A DNA stretch of 64,000 nucleotides from a candidate division BRC1 bacterium HGW-BRC1-1 (GCA_002842095.1 PHCB01000011.1:96481-160480); one strand, 5' to 3'; counted from the stretch's first letter, positions 28,280 to 37,974 are shown. Numbers and translations: made by a program. Notes: generated from the letters alone by a model not told the origin.

Positions 28280-29299
28280 ATGATCTTGAGACGTCTTCTT
28301 TCTGCAAGTAACCCTCTCGGCATCTTCCTGATGTTGGCGATCCTGACGAGCCTTCCGTTCCACAGTTGGTCACAGGGAGAGCGCGCTGCCGGAGCGGGTA
28401 TTATTGACCCTTCTCGCGAAAATGCTCTGCGGATTAAACTCCCCTATCCCCCTGGTAATAGTTACCGAATGATACAGGGACCCCACGGGGCATTCTCCCA
28501 CGATGGTTTTAATGCCTACGCCTACGATTTCCGAATGCCGGAGGGGTCGCCCATCAGCGCGGTCGCACCGGGGCGTGTGGTGCGGGTAAAGCAAGATTCT
28601 CGGCAAGGCGGAAAGGATCCCGCTTACATTGATCAGGGTAACTCCATCATAATCGATCATGGCAACGGTCTGTTCACCCAATACCTCCACCTGCAGCACC
28701 AGTCGGCCCGGGTGAAGGAGGGCGAATTGGTAAAGGGGGGAGAAATAATAGCCCTCAGTGGAAATACCGGCTACTCTTCCACTCCCCACCTCCACTTTCA
28801 GGTACAGGATGCCACCGGACAATCTTTGCCCTGCGCCTTCCTCGACGTGCCCGGCACGGGTATTCCAACTCTATATCGAACCTATGAGTCCCAAAACGAT
28901 GGCATGGGAGTTTCGCCCTATGCGGGTGAATCGGCGATGCCGAACGATGCCTTCGCTGGGAACGGCCTGAAGATTATCCGCACCAATCTGTCGGCTCACG
29001 CCTTGCGGATAGATAAGCGCTACACCCTCAGGGGGCGATGCACCGCCACTCCCGCACCCCGACAGGTGGCCTTGTACCTCATGCCAGCACGGGGTGGGAA
29101 ACCAATTGTTTCCACCTATGCGCACGTGGACGAAGCCGGTTACTTTACATGTACGCTCGATCTCAGTTCGCTACCGACCCGAAGTGAAAACTGGAGCGAA
29201 ACTAATGATCAGTCAAATATGTTTGCTCTCGCCCTCGCTCCGATCCGGCCCGACAGTTCCTTCTGGTCGAAGTATTCCATACAGGTCACGGCCCGTTGA
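28280..29299 (+). CDS. Secreted M23 family metallopeptidase
   Basis: Signal peptide. M23 motifs are present: HxxxD region (HDGFNAYAYDF), IIIDHGNGLFTQYLHL and GNTGYSSTPHLHFQV. The ATG at 28280 is preferred over the TTG at 28274. Confidence 0.85.
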   Translation: MILRRLLSASNPLGIFLMLAILTSLPFHSWSQGERAAGAGIIDPSRENALRIKLPYPPGNSYRMIQGPHGAFSHDGFNAYAYDFRMPEGSPISAVAPGRVVRVKQDSRQGGKDPAYIDQGNSIIIDHGNGLFTQYLHLQHQSARVKEGELVKGGEIIALSGNTGYSSTPHLHFQVQDATGQSLPCAFLDVPGTGIPTLYRTYESQNDGMGVSPYAGESAMPNDAFAGNGLKIIRTNLSAHALRIDKRYTLRGRCTATPAPRQVALYLMPARGGKPIVSTYAHVDEAGYFTCTLDLSSLPTRSENWSETNDQSNMFALALAPIRPDSSFWSKYSIQVTAR

Positions 29300-29410
29300 A
29301 AACCATTTCGCAAAGATGCAAAAGAGGCTTGCGCCCGCGAGCAAACCATAATTAGACTCTTCAAACGAGTAACATGTTCCCTTAGGCCCCCTGTTGTTTA
29401 ACCGTTCCCG

Positions 29411-31045
29411 TTGAGGCTGATGCTGATGAGCTCGGATATGACTGTTGAAGAATTACTGGAAGAAGCTGAAGAAGCCATCCACGCACAGGACACTGAACGT
29501 GCCCTTCGTTTGGCTCGACAAGCGCGTGCCATGGCGCCCATGCGGCCCGATGTCCGTGAACGCGTGGCGTATTTGCTGGAGCAGGTCGAGGCTCCCCCTG
29601 AAACTCCCTCCCGCAGACCAGCACGCCGTGCGGTCTCACCGCCTGTCGAGGAAGCACCCCGTCCTTCCCGCCGCCAGCGTCGCTCTGCCGAACGGGCTTT
29701 CGCTGGTGAGCGAATCGAGGAAGAAGATTCCTTCAGCGATAAAGATTTACCACAGCCCCCCCGCCGGTTTTCGTTCGCCTCCCTGGGGGCACGCACACTC
29801 TCCTTCCTCATGGGCGACGACGAAGACGAGGAAGACGAGATACCTCAAGAACCGAAGCCACGCCGGGTTGCGCGTGAATCACGTAAGGCCCCGGTAGCGG
29901 CGTCTTCACTGCGTTCCACTATTACGCCCGTCCCGGATTATGAGCCTGAAGAGAAACCTTTTCGCGACCGGGAAGTCATGGAAACCCTGTCAGTTCCCGA
30001 CGAGGAAATGCATGCACCGGTATCTCCACCTCGAAGCCAAAGCTTTGAGCCGTCCCAGCCAAGCCCTTTCGTGACCCGTCTGCGCCGAAATGCTCAGCAG
30101 TCATCACTGGCCAACCGTCTGGCAGACATGGACGAAGAAACGGAAGACACGTCACCGCAACGGGTACGTCGTCGTCCTCCCCCTGAGTTCGAGGATCGTC
30201 CAGCCGCAACGGCCGTCACCCGCAGGCGCAATGCCCTTGCCGATGAAGATGCAACCGCTTCAAACGACGCAGACAATGCGTCCCCGCCACTCCAGGTTGC
30301 CATGGCGTCCCGACTACGCAGCGTCCATCCCCGGGTAGTGGCATGGTCCATGCTCCTTAGCAGCATCTCTATCTTCATGATGATCGCCGGCACCGTCAGC
30401 TATTTTCAATTCTTCCGTCCCATGTCTCCCACGGGATCTCGCTTCACTGCTGCCGCAACCTCTTCCACGGCAGGCATAAATGCGGAAGACGAGAACCATA
30501 TTCTCCGCGCCAACGAATTCATCACCGCGGACAAGTGGGACAGCGCCATCGAATTGCTCGCCCCCTCCGTGCGGAAGGATGCTCCCAAAGCCCTGCGCGA
30601 ACGCGCGACCGCACTCCTTGCCCTTGCCCACAATCGCAAGGGTGAAGCCCTCCTGCGCAACACCGCGGGATCGAAACTCGCCATGCCGGCAGAACAACAA
30701 AAGCTGCTCGATTCAGTTTCAAATTATCGACGCGCGGTAGAGTTTGCGCCATCCAACTCCCAATACCAACTTCATCTGGGCAACGCCCTCTATTATGCAG
30801 GCACTCTCATCCCCCTCGAAAAAGGGAGCGGATATCTGGAAGAAGCCTTGTCGGTGGTGAAAAAATCCATCGAACTCGATCCGAAAGATCCCCTCGCCGC
30901 AGAAACCCTTGCGCAGATATACGAAAGCATGCAAGACCGGCAACAAGCACGAGAAGCATGGATGCGGTTTCAACAGATCGCACCGACAAAAGATGATGTG
31001 CAGAAAGCAACCGAACGCTTGAACGCACTCTCCATGGCGAAATAA
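29411..31045 (+). CDS. Single-pass membrane protein with a long charged, disordered N-terminal region and a C-terminal TPR domain
   Basis: Arg/Glu/Pro-rich low-complexity segment for residues 60-300, one TM (VVAWSMLLSSISIFMMIAGTV), and TPR-like repeats at the C-terminus. The start is uncertain (TTG 29411; ATGs at 29420, 29426 and 29438). Confidence 0.6.
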   Translation: MRLMLMSSDMTVEELLEEAEEAIHAQDTERALRLARQARAMAPMRPDVRERVAYLLEQVEAPPETPSRRPARRAVSPPVEEAPRPSRRQRRSAERAFAGERIEEEDSFSDKDLPQPPRRFSFASLGARTLSFLMGDDEDEEDEIPQEPKPRRVARESRKAPVAASSLRSTITPVPDYEPEEKPFRDREVMETLSVPDEEMHAPVSPPRSQSFEPSQPSPFVTRLRRNAQQSSLANRLADMDEETEDTSPQRVRRRPPPEFEDRPAATAVTRRRNALADEDATASNDADNASPPLQVAMASRLRSVHPRVVAWSMLLSSISIFMMIAGTVSYFQFFRPMSPTGSRFTAAATSSTAGINAEDENHILRANEFITADKWDSAIELLAPSVRKDAPKALRERATALLALAHNRKGEALLRNTAGSKLAMPAEQQKLLDSVSNYRRAVEFAPSNSQYQLHLGNALYYAGTLIPLEKGSGYLEEALSVVKKSIELDPKDPLAAETLAQIYESMQDRQQAREAWMRFQQIAPTKDDVQKATERLNALSMAK

Positions 31046-31791
31046 TGACGGAATCCCCTGAGAACAAAAGCCGCCCCCGAGCAAACCCAAAAATGAAACC
31101 TCCCCTGCCGATGGGTGGGGTTGCATTGGCACCCTCTATTCTCAGCGCCGATTTTTCTCAACTGGGAACGGAACTGCGCAAACTTCTTAGGGCCGGATGT
31201 TCCTGGATTCATCTCGACATTATGGACAACCATTTCGTCCCAAACCTCACCTTCGGCCCGCCGGTTGTTAAAGCGCTCCGCAAGGTTTCACCCAGGCTCT
31301 ATTTCGACGCCCATCTCATGATCGACAATCCAGAGACGGTAATCAATGCCTTCGCCGACGCCGGCGTACAGCACCTGACGGTTCATCAGGAGGCCTGCCC
31401 CCAGGGGGTCAGCCGAACGCTCCGTCTCATTCGCGAGGCAGGCATGCGAACCGGTATCAGTCTCAAGCCCGACACGTCCGTGTCCACCATTGAACCTCAC
31501 CTTGGTGAGGTCGATATGGTTCTGGTGATGACGGTCGAACCCGGCTTTGGTGGACAGGCCATCATCCCAAGTTGCCTGAACAAGGTTCGTACATTAAAAC
31601 GGCACCGGGAAGCCAAACGGCGAAACTTCCTTATCCAGGTTGACGGCGGCGTAAATCTCGACACGGTCGGACTTGCTGTGGCTGCCGGCTCCGATGTGCT
31701 TGTGGCAGGTAGCGCCGTTTTTGGCGGTGCCGAAGTTGCGGAAAATATCGCTGCCATGAACGCCGCAATCCAAAGGGCCATTCATTCCTGA
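31045..31791 (+). CDS. rpe: Ribulose-phosphate 3-epimerase
   Basis: LAPSILSADFSQLG, HLDIMDNHFVPNLTFGP, MTVEPGFGGQ and VDGGV. A TAATG overlap links it to the upstream gene. Confidence 0.93.
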   Translation: MTESPENKSRPRANPKMKPPLPMGGVALAPSILSADFSQLGTELRKLLRAGCSWIHLDIMDNHFVPNLTFGPPVVKALRKVSPRLYFDAHLMIDNPETVINAFADAGVQHLTVHQEACPQGVSRTLRLIREAGMRTGISLKPDTSVSTIEPHLGEVDMVLVMTVEPGFGGQAIIPSCLNKVRTLKRHREAKRRNFLIQVDGGVNLDTVGLAVAAGSDVLVAGSAVFGGAEVAENIAAMNAAIQRAIHS

Positions 31792-31878
31792 TGGTTTTTG
31801 GTTGTATGCCCTGTGGGCTGCTTTATGAATGTAACCCAACAAATCGGTCCCTCCGTAAAAAAAGGATTTCCATAAATC

Positions 31879-32493
31879 ATGATTACTGAACTCCTTCGCC
31901 TTACGCGAATCTCCCCCCTGCTGATCGTCGCGCTTCTTGCCTCGGCCTTCATGCCAGGCTGTTCCGCCATGGCGAAACCTAAGAAGGCTCCAGCCGAGGA
32001 AGAGCGCCTGATCATCCCCGATTACCCGACACCCAAGGATCAATACAACTTTGCCCGCGTCTATCAGGCATCACAAATTAAGGCGAATGACCCAAAGCGC
32101 CTTTCGTCACAATACGAGAAGGCCATTCAGGCATATAAAAAAGTCCTCGAACTTTTTCCCAACGATGAACAATTCACTCCGCTTGCCATGTTGAACTGGG
32201 GCGATTGTGTGGGAATGCAGGGAGATATGGCGGGGGCACGGGCAATATACAAAGATGCAGCCGAACGGTGGCCCAATATCGATCTGATCCAGGCCCGCGC
32301 AAACTATTCCACCGCACGCACGCTGGATCAGGAGAAGCGTTTTGAGGAAGCCAAGGTCATCTATAAACTCCTGATGGACCACTTTGGCAATTCGCAAGAT
32401 CCCGCACTCCGCCAGATCGCAAAACTTTCCTCAGAGTATTATTATAAACTGCGCACAGAACCCGTAAAAGAAACGAAGGGTCGCCGCAAATAA
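31879..32493 (+). CDS. Lipoprotein with a TPR-like helical domain
   Basis: Signal peptide plus lipobox LLASAFMPGC. A helical-repeat region follows (AIQAYKKVLELFPNDE..., ARAIYKDAAERWPN...). Confidence 0.6.
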   Translation: MITELLRLTRISPLLIVALLASAFMPGCSAMAKPKKAPAEEERLIIPDYPTPKDQYNFARVYQASQIKANDPKRLSSQYEKAIQAYKKVLELFPNDEQFTPLAMLNWGDCVGMQGDMAGARAIYKDAAERWPNIDLIQARANYSTARTLDQEKRFEEAKVIYKLLMDHFGNSQDPALRQIAKLSSEYYYKLRTEPVKETKGRRK

Positions 32494-32541
32494 CATTCAT
32501 AGACCGCTTCTGATCAACCCGCCGGGAGAAGCAGAGTTCCT

Positions 32542-34362
32542 CTACTGCTCCATCCGTTTTAATCGGAGCATAGTCAGGCGTTCGCTAAGTTCCTTACTGG
32601 CCTGGCGCAACATACCCAGCGCCGCTTCAAGGGCCATGAGGTCTTTGCTGGCAACGGCCACATCGAACTTGAACAGAATCTCACGAAGCCTTCGCTGCAA
32701 GTCCTCACCCGGAGGATTTTCAGTGTCTTCAATCAACATGACCAGACCGTTGGCCAGATCCTGAGCCTGATGGCGAACATAGGCGAGGCGAAGATGCAAC
32801 CGGTCCTCTTCCTGGGCAAGCTCGGCAGCCTCCACCATCTGACGGGCTTTTTCCTCACTCACATGACTGTAGCTTTCGATTGTGATGGACTTGGAAACAC
32901 CGCTCGTCGCTTCCACGGCGCTGACTTCCAGAAGACCGTTGGCATCAATCTGGAACGTCACCGAAATCTCGGGTAATCCACCCGGAGCCGGTGTGATTTC
33001 GGAAAGACGAAAATATCCCAGGCTCTGGTTCTCGCTGCATTTCTTACGCTCGCCCTGCGCGGCATGAATCTTCACAATGCGTTGATTATCGCGAGTTGTC
33101 GTGTAGGTTTTGACAGCCTTCGTGGGGATGGAACTGTTGCGCGGAATCAGCACACTGAAAACATTTCCCTCGGTCTCCACACCCAGAGACAGAGGTGTCA
33201 CGTCCAGCAGAAGAACCTCACGCAGGCCGCCGCTCATGATGGAACCTTGCATGCCCGCTCCGATGGAAACCGCCTCATCGGGGTTCAGCGAACGATTTGG
33301 CTCTTTACCGAAAAACGTACGTACCGCTTCCTGAATGATCGGTATGCGGGTAGACCCCCCGACCAGAAGAACATGGTCAATGTTTCCCGCATCAAGATAA
33401 GCATCGGCCAACGCCTCGCGGCAGCAATCGAGCAGGCGTGGGATCAGGGGCTGTATGAGTTCGTTCAGCTTGTCGCGTGTAACAGCATGGCTCAGGTGAA
33501 CCGGGGTTCCCTCTGCAGAAACGCCGAGGAAGGGCAGGCTGATTTGTGACTCGAGGGTGGTGGACAACTCACACTTAACCCTTTCAACCGCCTCGAGAAG
33601 CCTCTGCCCCGCTATGGGCTCCTGGGTGACATCAACCCCGGTATCCGCCAGAAACTGAGCAGCTATCTCCTTGTACAGAATGAGGTCGATAACATCGCCG
33701 CCGAGGAAGGTGTCTCCCCGGGTTGACTTCACTTCGAAGACATCGCGATCGAGTTCGAGAATAGAGATATCAAAGGTTCCGCCGCCGAAGTCGAAAACGG
33801 CCACTCGTTGCTCAACGGATTTATCGAGGCCAAATGCCAGAGCGGCTGCGGTCGGCTCGTTGATGATGCGCGCAATCCGCAGGCCCGCCAATTCACCGGC
33901 ACGTTTGGTGGCGGCCCGTTGGTTGTCGTTGAAGTATGCCGGAACAGTCACCACCGCCTGTTCCACCGGCTCGCCAAAGTAATCCTCGGCGGTCCGCTTC
34001 AAAGCCCGCAGGATTTCAGCAGAAACTTCTTCAGGCGAAAGCTTCGCCCATCCCAGATCCACGCGCACACCATCATCGGGAGATGCGACGAGACTATAAC
34101 CAATCCCCTCTCCGCGGGTGGCCATATCGGAATATCGGATGCCCATGAACCGCTTGATGGATTTTACGGTCTGGAGAGGGTTCATCGCAGCCTGACGCCG
34201 CGCGACTTCTCCGACAACGACGTCCTCGGCTCCCTTGAAAAAAACGATGGAGGGTGTGGTCTTTGACCCCTCAGCGTTTACAATGACAACCGGCTGACCC
34301 TGTTCATAATAGGATACGACCGAATTGGTGGTGCCGAGATCGATGCCAATAACACGCTCCAT
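32542..34362 (-). CDS. Hsp70 family chaperone (DnaK/HscC-like, 606 aa)
   Basis: IGIDLGTTNS, TVPAYFND, IINEPTAAALAFG, VFDFGGGTFD and LVGGSTRIP, plus a substrate-binding domain (LLLDVTPLSLGVET). It sits directly downstream of a J-domain gene. Confidence 0.9.
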   Translation of the reverse strand: MERVIGIDLGTTNSVVSYYEQGQPVVIVNAEGSKTTPSIVFFKGAEDVVVGEVARRQAAMNPLQTVKSIKRFMGIRYSDMATRGEGIGYSLVASPDDGVRVDLGWAKLSPEEVSAEILRALKRTAEDYFGEPVEQAVVTVPAYFNDNQRAATKRAGELAGLRIARIINEPTAAALAFGLDKSVEQRVAVFDFGGGTFDISILELDRDVFEVKSTRGDTFLGGDVIDLILYKEIAAQFLADTGVDVTQEPIAGQRLLEAVERVKCELSTTLESQISLPFLGVSAEGTPVHLSHAVTRDKLNELIQPLIPRLLDCCREALADAYLDAGNIDHVLLVGGSTRIPIIQEAVRTFFGKEPNRSLNPDEAVSIGAGMQGSIMSGGLREVLLLDVTPLSLGVETEGNVFSVLIPRNSSIPTKAVKTYTTTRDNQRIVKIHAAQGERKKCSENQSLGYFRLSEITPAPGGLPEISVTFQIDANGLLEVSAVEATSGVSKSITIESYSHVSEEKARQMVEAAELAQEEDRLHLRLAYVRHQAQDLANGLVMLIEDTENPPGEDLQRRLREILFKFDVAVASKDLMALEAALGMLRQASKELSERLTMLRLKRMEQ

Positions 34363-34374
34363 GCATCGCTCCCG

Positions 34375-35106
34375 TTATTTTAGGCCTAAGAGGCGTTTAA
34401 GAAATGACTTCTTGGAAGGCCGCAAAAATTCCAACGCCGCCAACGCCCGCTCGTGATTGGGGTCCCACTTCAAAATTTCTTCGTAGCTCTGGATGGCCAG
34501 ACTCTTGCTTCCGGCAGACTCATAAATTTCCGCGAGGATGATGCGAAATTCAGTGTTGTAGGGATCCAGAACAACGGCTCGGTTGGCTGCTTCAATGGCC
34601 TGACTAAAACCGCGTTTGCCACGCAGAAATGTGAGCGCAAGCTTGGCGTGGTATTCAGCCGTATCAGGGTTGTTCTTGATGGCCATCTTAAAATACTCGG
34701 CAGACCGGGTGTAATCGCCATCCTGCAGGCTCTTCAATCCCATGAGGTAAGCCCGTCGGCCAACAGATGCTTTGCTCTTGTCGATGGCGGCCGCCGTCAT
34801 CTTGCCAGTGTCATTAGCCACGGACGTTGGAGTTTTCGAGCCCGAGGATGAAGAGCCGCCACCCTCGTTCGGGGACTTATCGGACCGAGATAAATGCTCG
34901 TCGTAGGCTTTGCGCTTTTCGGGATCTTTCAGGGTATTGTAAGCCGTGGAGACCGCAACGAATTCCTTTTCAAGGCGCGACACATCCTTGCCGTCTTCTG
35001 CCTTGTCGGGATGCAACTGCCGCGCCAGACGATGATACGCAGCTTTAACGTCACGCTCGCTCGCGCCCCGTGGAACTCCCAGGATTTCGTAAAGGGTCTT
35101 ACTCAC
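34375..35106 (-). CDS. J-domain protein fused to TPR repeats
   Basis: TLYEILGVPRGASERDVKAAYHRLARQLHPDKA (HPD motif). A Ser/Gly linker and C-terminal TPR repeats follow. The GTG start forms a GTGA overlap with the upstream gene. Confidence 0.85.
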   Translation of the reverse strand: MSKTLYEILGVPRGASERDVKAAYHRLARQLHPDKAEDGKDVSRLEKEFVAVSTAYNTLKDPEKRKAYDEHLSRSDKSPNEGGGSSSSGSKTPTSVANDTGKMTAAAIDKSKASVGRRAYLMGLKSLQDGDYTRSAEYFKMAIKNNPDTAEYHAKLALTFLRGKRGFSQAIEAANRAVVLDPYNTEFRIILAEIYESAGSKSLAIQSYEEILKWDPNHERALAALEFLRPSKKSFLKRLLGLK

Positions 35107-35699
35107 TCAGAACACTTCTCCGATACTTCCCCATTCTCCTGTAATACTCCCATTCGGTGCCTCGCATTGTGAGCAAAAGTAGAATCTGGAAACTTGTCTA
35201 CGATTCTTTGGAGGAATTCAACTGCTTGTTCATGGTTTCCACGTTCCCACTCAATATCCGCAAGGCGATGAAAAACTGCCGTGGTCTCTTCATCCGCAAG
35301 GCTTCCGAGAGAAACAAACCGCAATTTCTCCCGAATGAAATCATCCTTCAAGCCTTCACTCAACAACGCATCCGCATACATTTTCGAGAGCGCTTTATCG
35401 GCCGGAGATTCGATCGTCAGATTTCGTAACGCCACCAATCGCCCCTCCTGAGGCACAACCACGGGGCGGGAGGCAACCGGTGTTTTAACCCTGGACCAGG
35501 AATCAAAGCCGAAAATGGAGTCGACAATTCTGCGCGCAAAAAAATGCGAGATGGCACAGCTTAATGCCAGCGCACCCACCACCAGTCCCACACTGATAGC
35601 AATTGAACCCGGGCTTCCAAAAGACAGAAAACCCGTGGAGTAGAGGTAGCCCAGAATGGCAACACTGATCAGCAGTTCAATGAACATGCTCGGGATCAT
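35103..35699 (-). CDS. Two-pass membrane protein with a cytoplasmic helical (TPR-like) tail; first gene of the J-protein/Hsp70 operon
   Basis: Two N-terminal hydrophobic helices (FIELLISVAILGYLYSTGFLSF and IAISVGLVVGALALSCAISHFF). It overlaps the J-protein gene by 4 nt. Confidence 0.6.
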   Translation of the reverse strand: MIPSMFIELLISVAILGYLYSTGFLSFGSPGSIAISVGLVVGALALSCAISHFFARRIVDSIFGFDSWSRVKTPVASRPVVVPQEGRLVALRNLTIESPADKALSKMYADALLSEGLKDDFIREKLRFVSLGSLADEETTAVFHRLADIEWERGNHEQAVEFLQRIVDKFPDSTFAHNARHRMGVLQENGEVSEKCSE

Positions 35700-35759
35700 A
35701 GAAAATCCTCCACCGGGCTTTCAATGAGAGAAACCCCGGCGGAGGATGTTGAACCTATT

Positions 35760-37511
35760 TTAAGAAATCGCGTTTGCCAGAAGCAGGATCAGTGTTTGCG
35801 CGTACAGCACGCGCAGGATCATGGTGAGTGGATAAACGGTTGCGTACGCTACCGACGGGGATTCGTTACCCGCCACGCTGGTGGCAAAGGCCAATGCCGG
35901 GGGATCCGTCATGCTACCCGCTAACAAGCCGCAGAGGTTCATGAAGTTCATTTTCATGAAGACGCGGGCCACGAATCCCACTATCAGCAGTGGAACGGCG
36001 GTGATCAGGGCACCATAGCCCATCCACATCATGCCGTCACCCTGTAAAGTAGCCACGAAACTATCCCCCGCCTTGAGCCCAACGCAGGCGAGGAACAAAG
36101 AAATCCCCAATTCGCGAAGCATGAAGTTGGCGCTGATGGGCATGAAATAGTTCAGGGGACCAATACGGCCAATACGGCTGAGAATAATGGCCACGAGCAA
36201 CGGACCACCAGCCAGCCCCAACTTAACCGGGGCGGGCATGCCGGGGAACTTGACGGGGATGGAACCCACGATGATACCGAGCACGATGCCCACAAAAACC
36301 GGAATGAGCTGAGGATGGTTCAGACGCTTGGTTGAGTTGCCCATAACAGCCATCACGCGTTCGATGCTTTCCAGCTCGCCCACCGCTAAAACCGTATCTC
36401 CGAAATGGAGCTCAAAGTTTTCATTGGGCGTAAACTCAACCTCTGCCCGAGAGACACGGGTAATGGTCACATCGTTTTGAGGCAGCACTTCCAGTTCCGA
36501 CAGGGATTTGCCGAGCACGCCTTTGTTAGTCACCAAAATCCGCCGGCTTGCGATGGAACTGGGGATGTCCTTGACGTCAACCTTGGCCTCCGCGCCGATC
36601 AGAACCCTCAAAGCCTTGAGATTGTCCGCCGGACCCACGCAGTGTAGCACATCGCCTGTGTGGAGAATTGTGTCGCCCTGCGCAACCTCCACCCGGTCGC
36701 CATGAAGCACGCGGGAAATAACCACGCCCGCAGCAGAAATCATGGGAATTTCACCAATCCTCAAACCATCGAGGTTTGCATTCTTAACTTCCAGATTGGT
36801 GGTGCCGACTTTGGGAGTAGCCTTGGAATGACGCTTCACGAATTCCGCAGTTTCAGACTTCACATCCACGCGGAAAACAAATCGGAAGAACAGCATGGTC
36901 AGGATGATGCCGAAAACACCGAAGGGGTACGAAACCGCGTAACCCAGACCGGGCATCTTCGAAATCTCGGTAATCCGTTCGGGGGTGAGATTTTGAACCG
37001 CAGCAGTGGCCAGGCTGAGAGTAGAGGTCGTGCCACCCATTGATGATCCGTATGAGACCACGTCATGGACAGCCTGCTGAGCTGCTGCCAGCGATGGAGT
37101 GTTCGTAGTTGCACCGGAGAAAAGACCCGCTGCCACGGGAAGCGGAACACCGCCCAGTTTATGGATCAAAACTGCAATGACCAGACCCAGCGTGACTATG
37201 GAAAACGCCAATATATTAAGGGGAAGGCCGTCGCGTTTGAGTGATGAGAAGAAGCCTGGACCGACCTGAAGACCGATCGTGTAGACAAAAAGGATGAGAC
37301 CGAACTCGCGAGCGAACTCAAGGATCTCGTGATTCGGACGAATCCCATAATGGCCGAAGAAGATACCCACGAAGAGAACACCGGCTATGCCCAGGCTCAC
37401 ACTTCGAATTCTCAAACTCCCCAAAGCCAAACCCAGCGCCGTGACCAAACCCAACACGACAACTGACTGAGCCACCGATTCCTTCATAAACAGATCAATT
37501 AACCAACTCAT
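35760..37511 (-). CDS. YidE/YbjL/AspT-family transporter with two central TrkA-C (RCK_C) domains
   Basis: The N-terminus (VVVLGLVTALGLALGSLRIRSVSLGIAGVLFVGIFFGHYG) is typical of the family. Duplicated membrane halves flank a soluble region of about 170 aa. Confidence 0.8.
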   Translation of the reverse strand: MSWLIDLFMKESVAQSVVVLGLVTALGLALGSLRIRSVSLGIAGVLFVGIFFGHYGIRPNHEILEFAREFGLILFVYTIGLQVGPGFFSSLKRDGLPLNILAFSIVTLGLVIAVLIHKLGGVPLPVAAGLFSGATTNTPSLAAAQQAVHDVVSYGSSMGGTTSTLSLATAAVQNLTPERITEISKMPGLGYAVSYPFGVFGIILTMLFFRFVFRVDVKSETAEFVKRHSKATPKVGTTNLEVKNANLDGLRIGEIPMISAAGVVISRVLHGDRVEVAQGDTILHTGDVLHCVGPADNLKALRVLIGAEAKVDVKDIPSSIASRRILVTNKGVLGKSLSELEVLPQNDVTITRVSRAEVEFTPNENFELHFGDTVLAVGELESIERVMAVMGNSTKRLNHPQLIPVFVGIVLGIIVGSIPVKFPGMPAPVKLGLAGGPLLVAIILSRIGRIGPLNYFMPISANFMLRELGISLFLACVGLKAGDSFVATLQGDGMMWMGYGALITAVPLLIVGFVARVFMKMNFMNLCGLLAGSMTDPPALAFATSVAGNESPSVAYATVYPLTMILRVLYAQTLILLLANAIS

Positions 37512-37740
37512 ACGGTCCGAAACTCCGATTCATCCCATCCAGATTTTTACCATCAGGCATTTGGACACAGTGCCCATCGCCGCAAGCGCGGCAAACCCTG
37601 ATGCTATACAACGGTTTAAAATAAGCTAAGGGATAATTGAGCGATTCAATCATTATTTTTTTCTCGATTAAACCGCGCTTAACGAGACAGGAATCCCCGC
37701 AATGCAGGCATATGGATAAACTCTGTCCGTCTCGAACCAT
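37495..37740 (-). CDS. Questionable small ORF (81 aa) with two CxxC pairs (zinc-ribbon-like)
   Basis: SICLHCGDSC ... RVCRACGDGHC. Against it: no Shine-Dalgarno before the ATG, low GC, a 17-nt overlap with the transporter start, and a position inside an AT-rich, DnaA-box-containing gap. Confidence 0.25.
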   Translation of the reverse strand: MVRDGQSLSICLHCGDSCLVKRGLIEKKIMIESLNYPLAYFKPLYSIRVCRACGDGHCVQMPDGKNLDGMNRSFGPYELVN

Positions 37741-37789
37741 CTCGAAAAATCGAAGTTATCCACAGTTGGACCGGATGAGCTGTGAAAAA
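37711..37789. promoter_or_regulatory. Cluster of three DnaA-box-like 9-mers upstream of dnaB
   Basis: A perfect TTATCCACA at 37756-37764. TATGGATAA at 37711-37719 is TTATCCATA on the other strand (1 mismatch). TGTGAAAAA at 37781-37789 is TTTTTCACA, which fits the relaxed TTWTNCACA consensus. An AT-rich tract at 37614-37672 lies adjacent. Confidence 0.4.
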
Positions 37790-37974
37790 CCTGTGAGCAG
37801 AGGTGGTGAAATTTCAAAGAACCTCTCAGCCCATGTCACAATTTTAAAATTAGCGACGCCATGGAGGGGATTTGAGTTGCCGTGGGTCGGATGTCATTCA
37901 AATTGGTCCCTGCGATGTGAACGGAACCTCGGACCGCCTCGCGTTTTTATCTCCCGAAGGATTTCGAGTCGACC

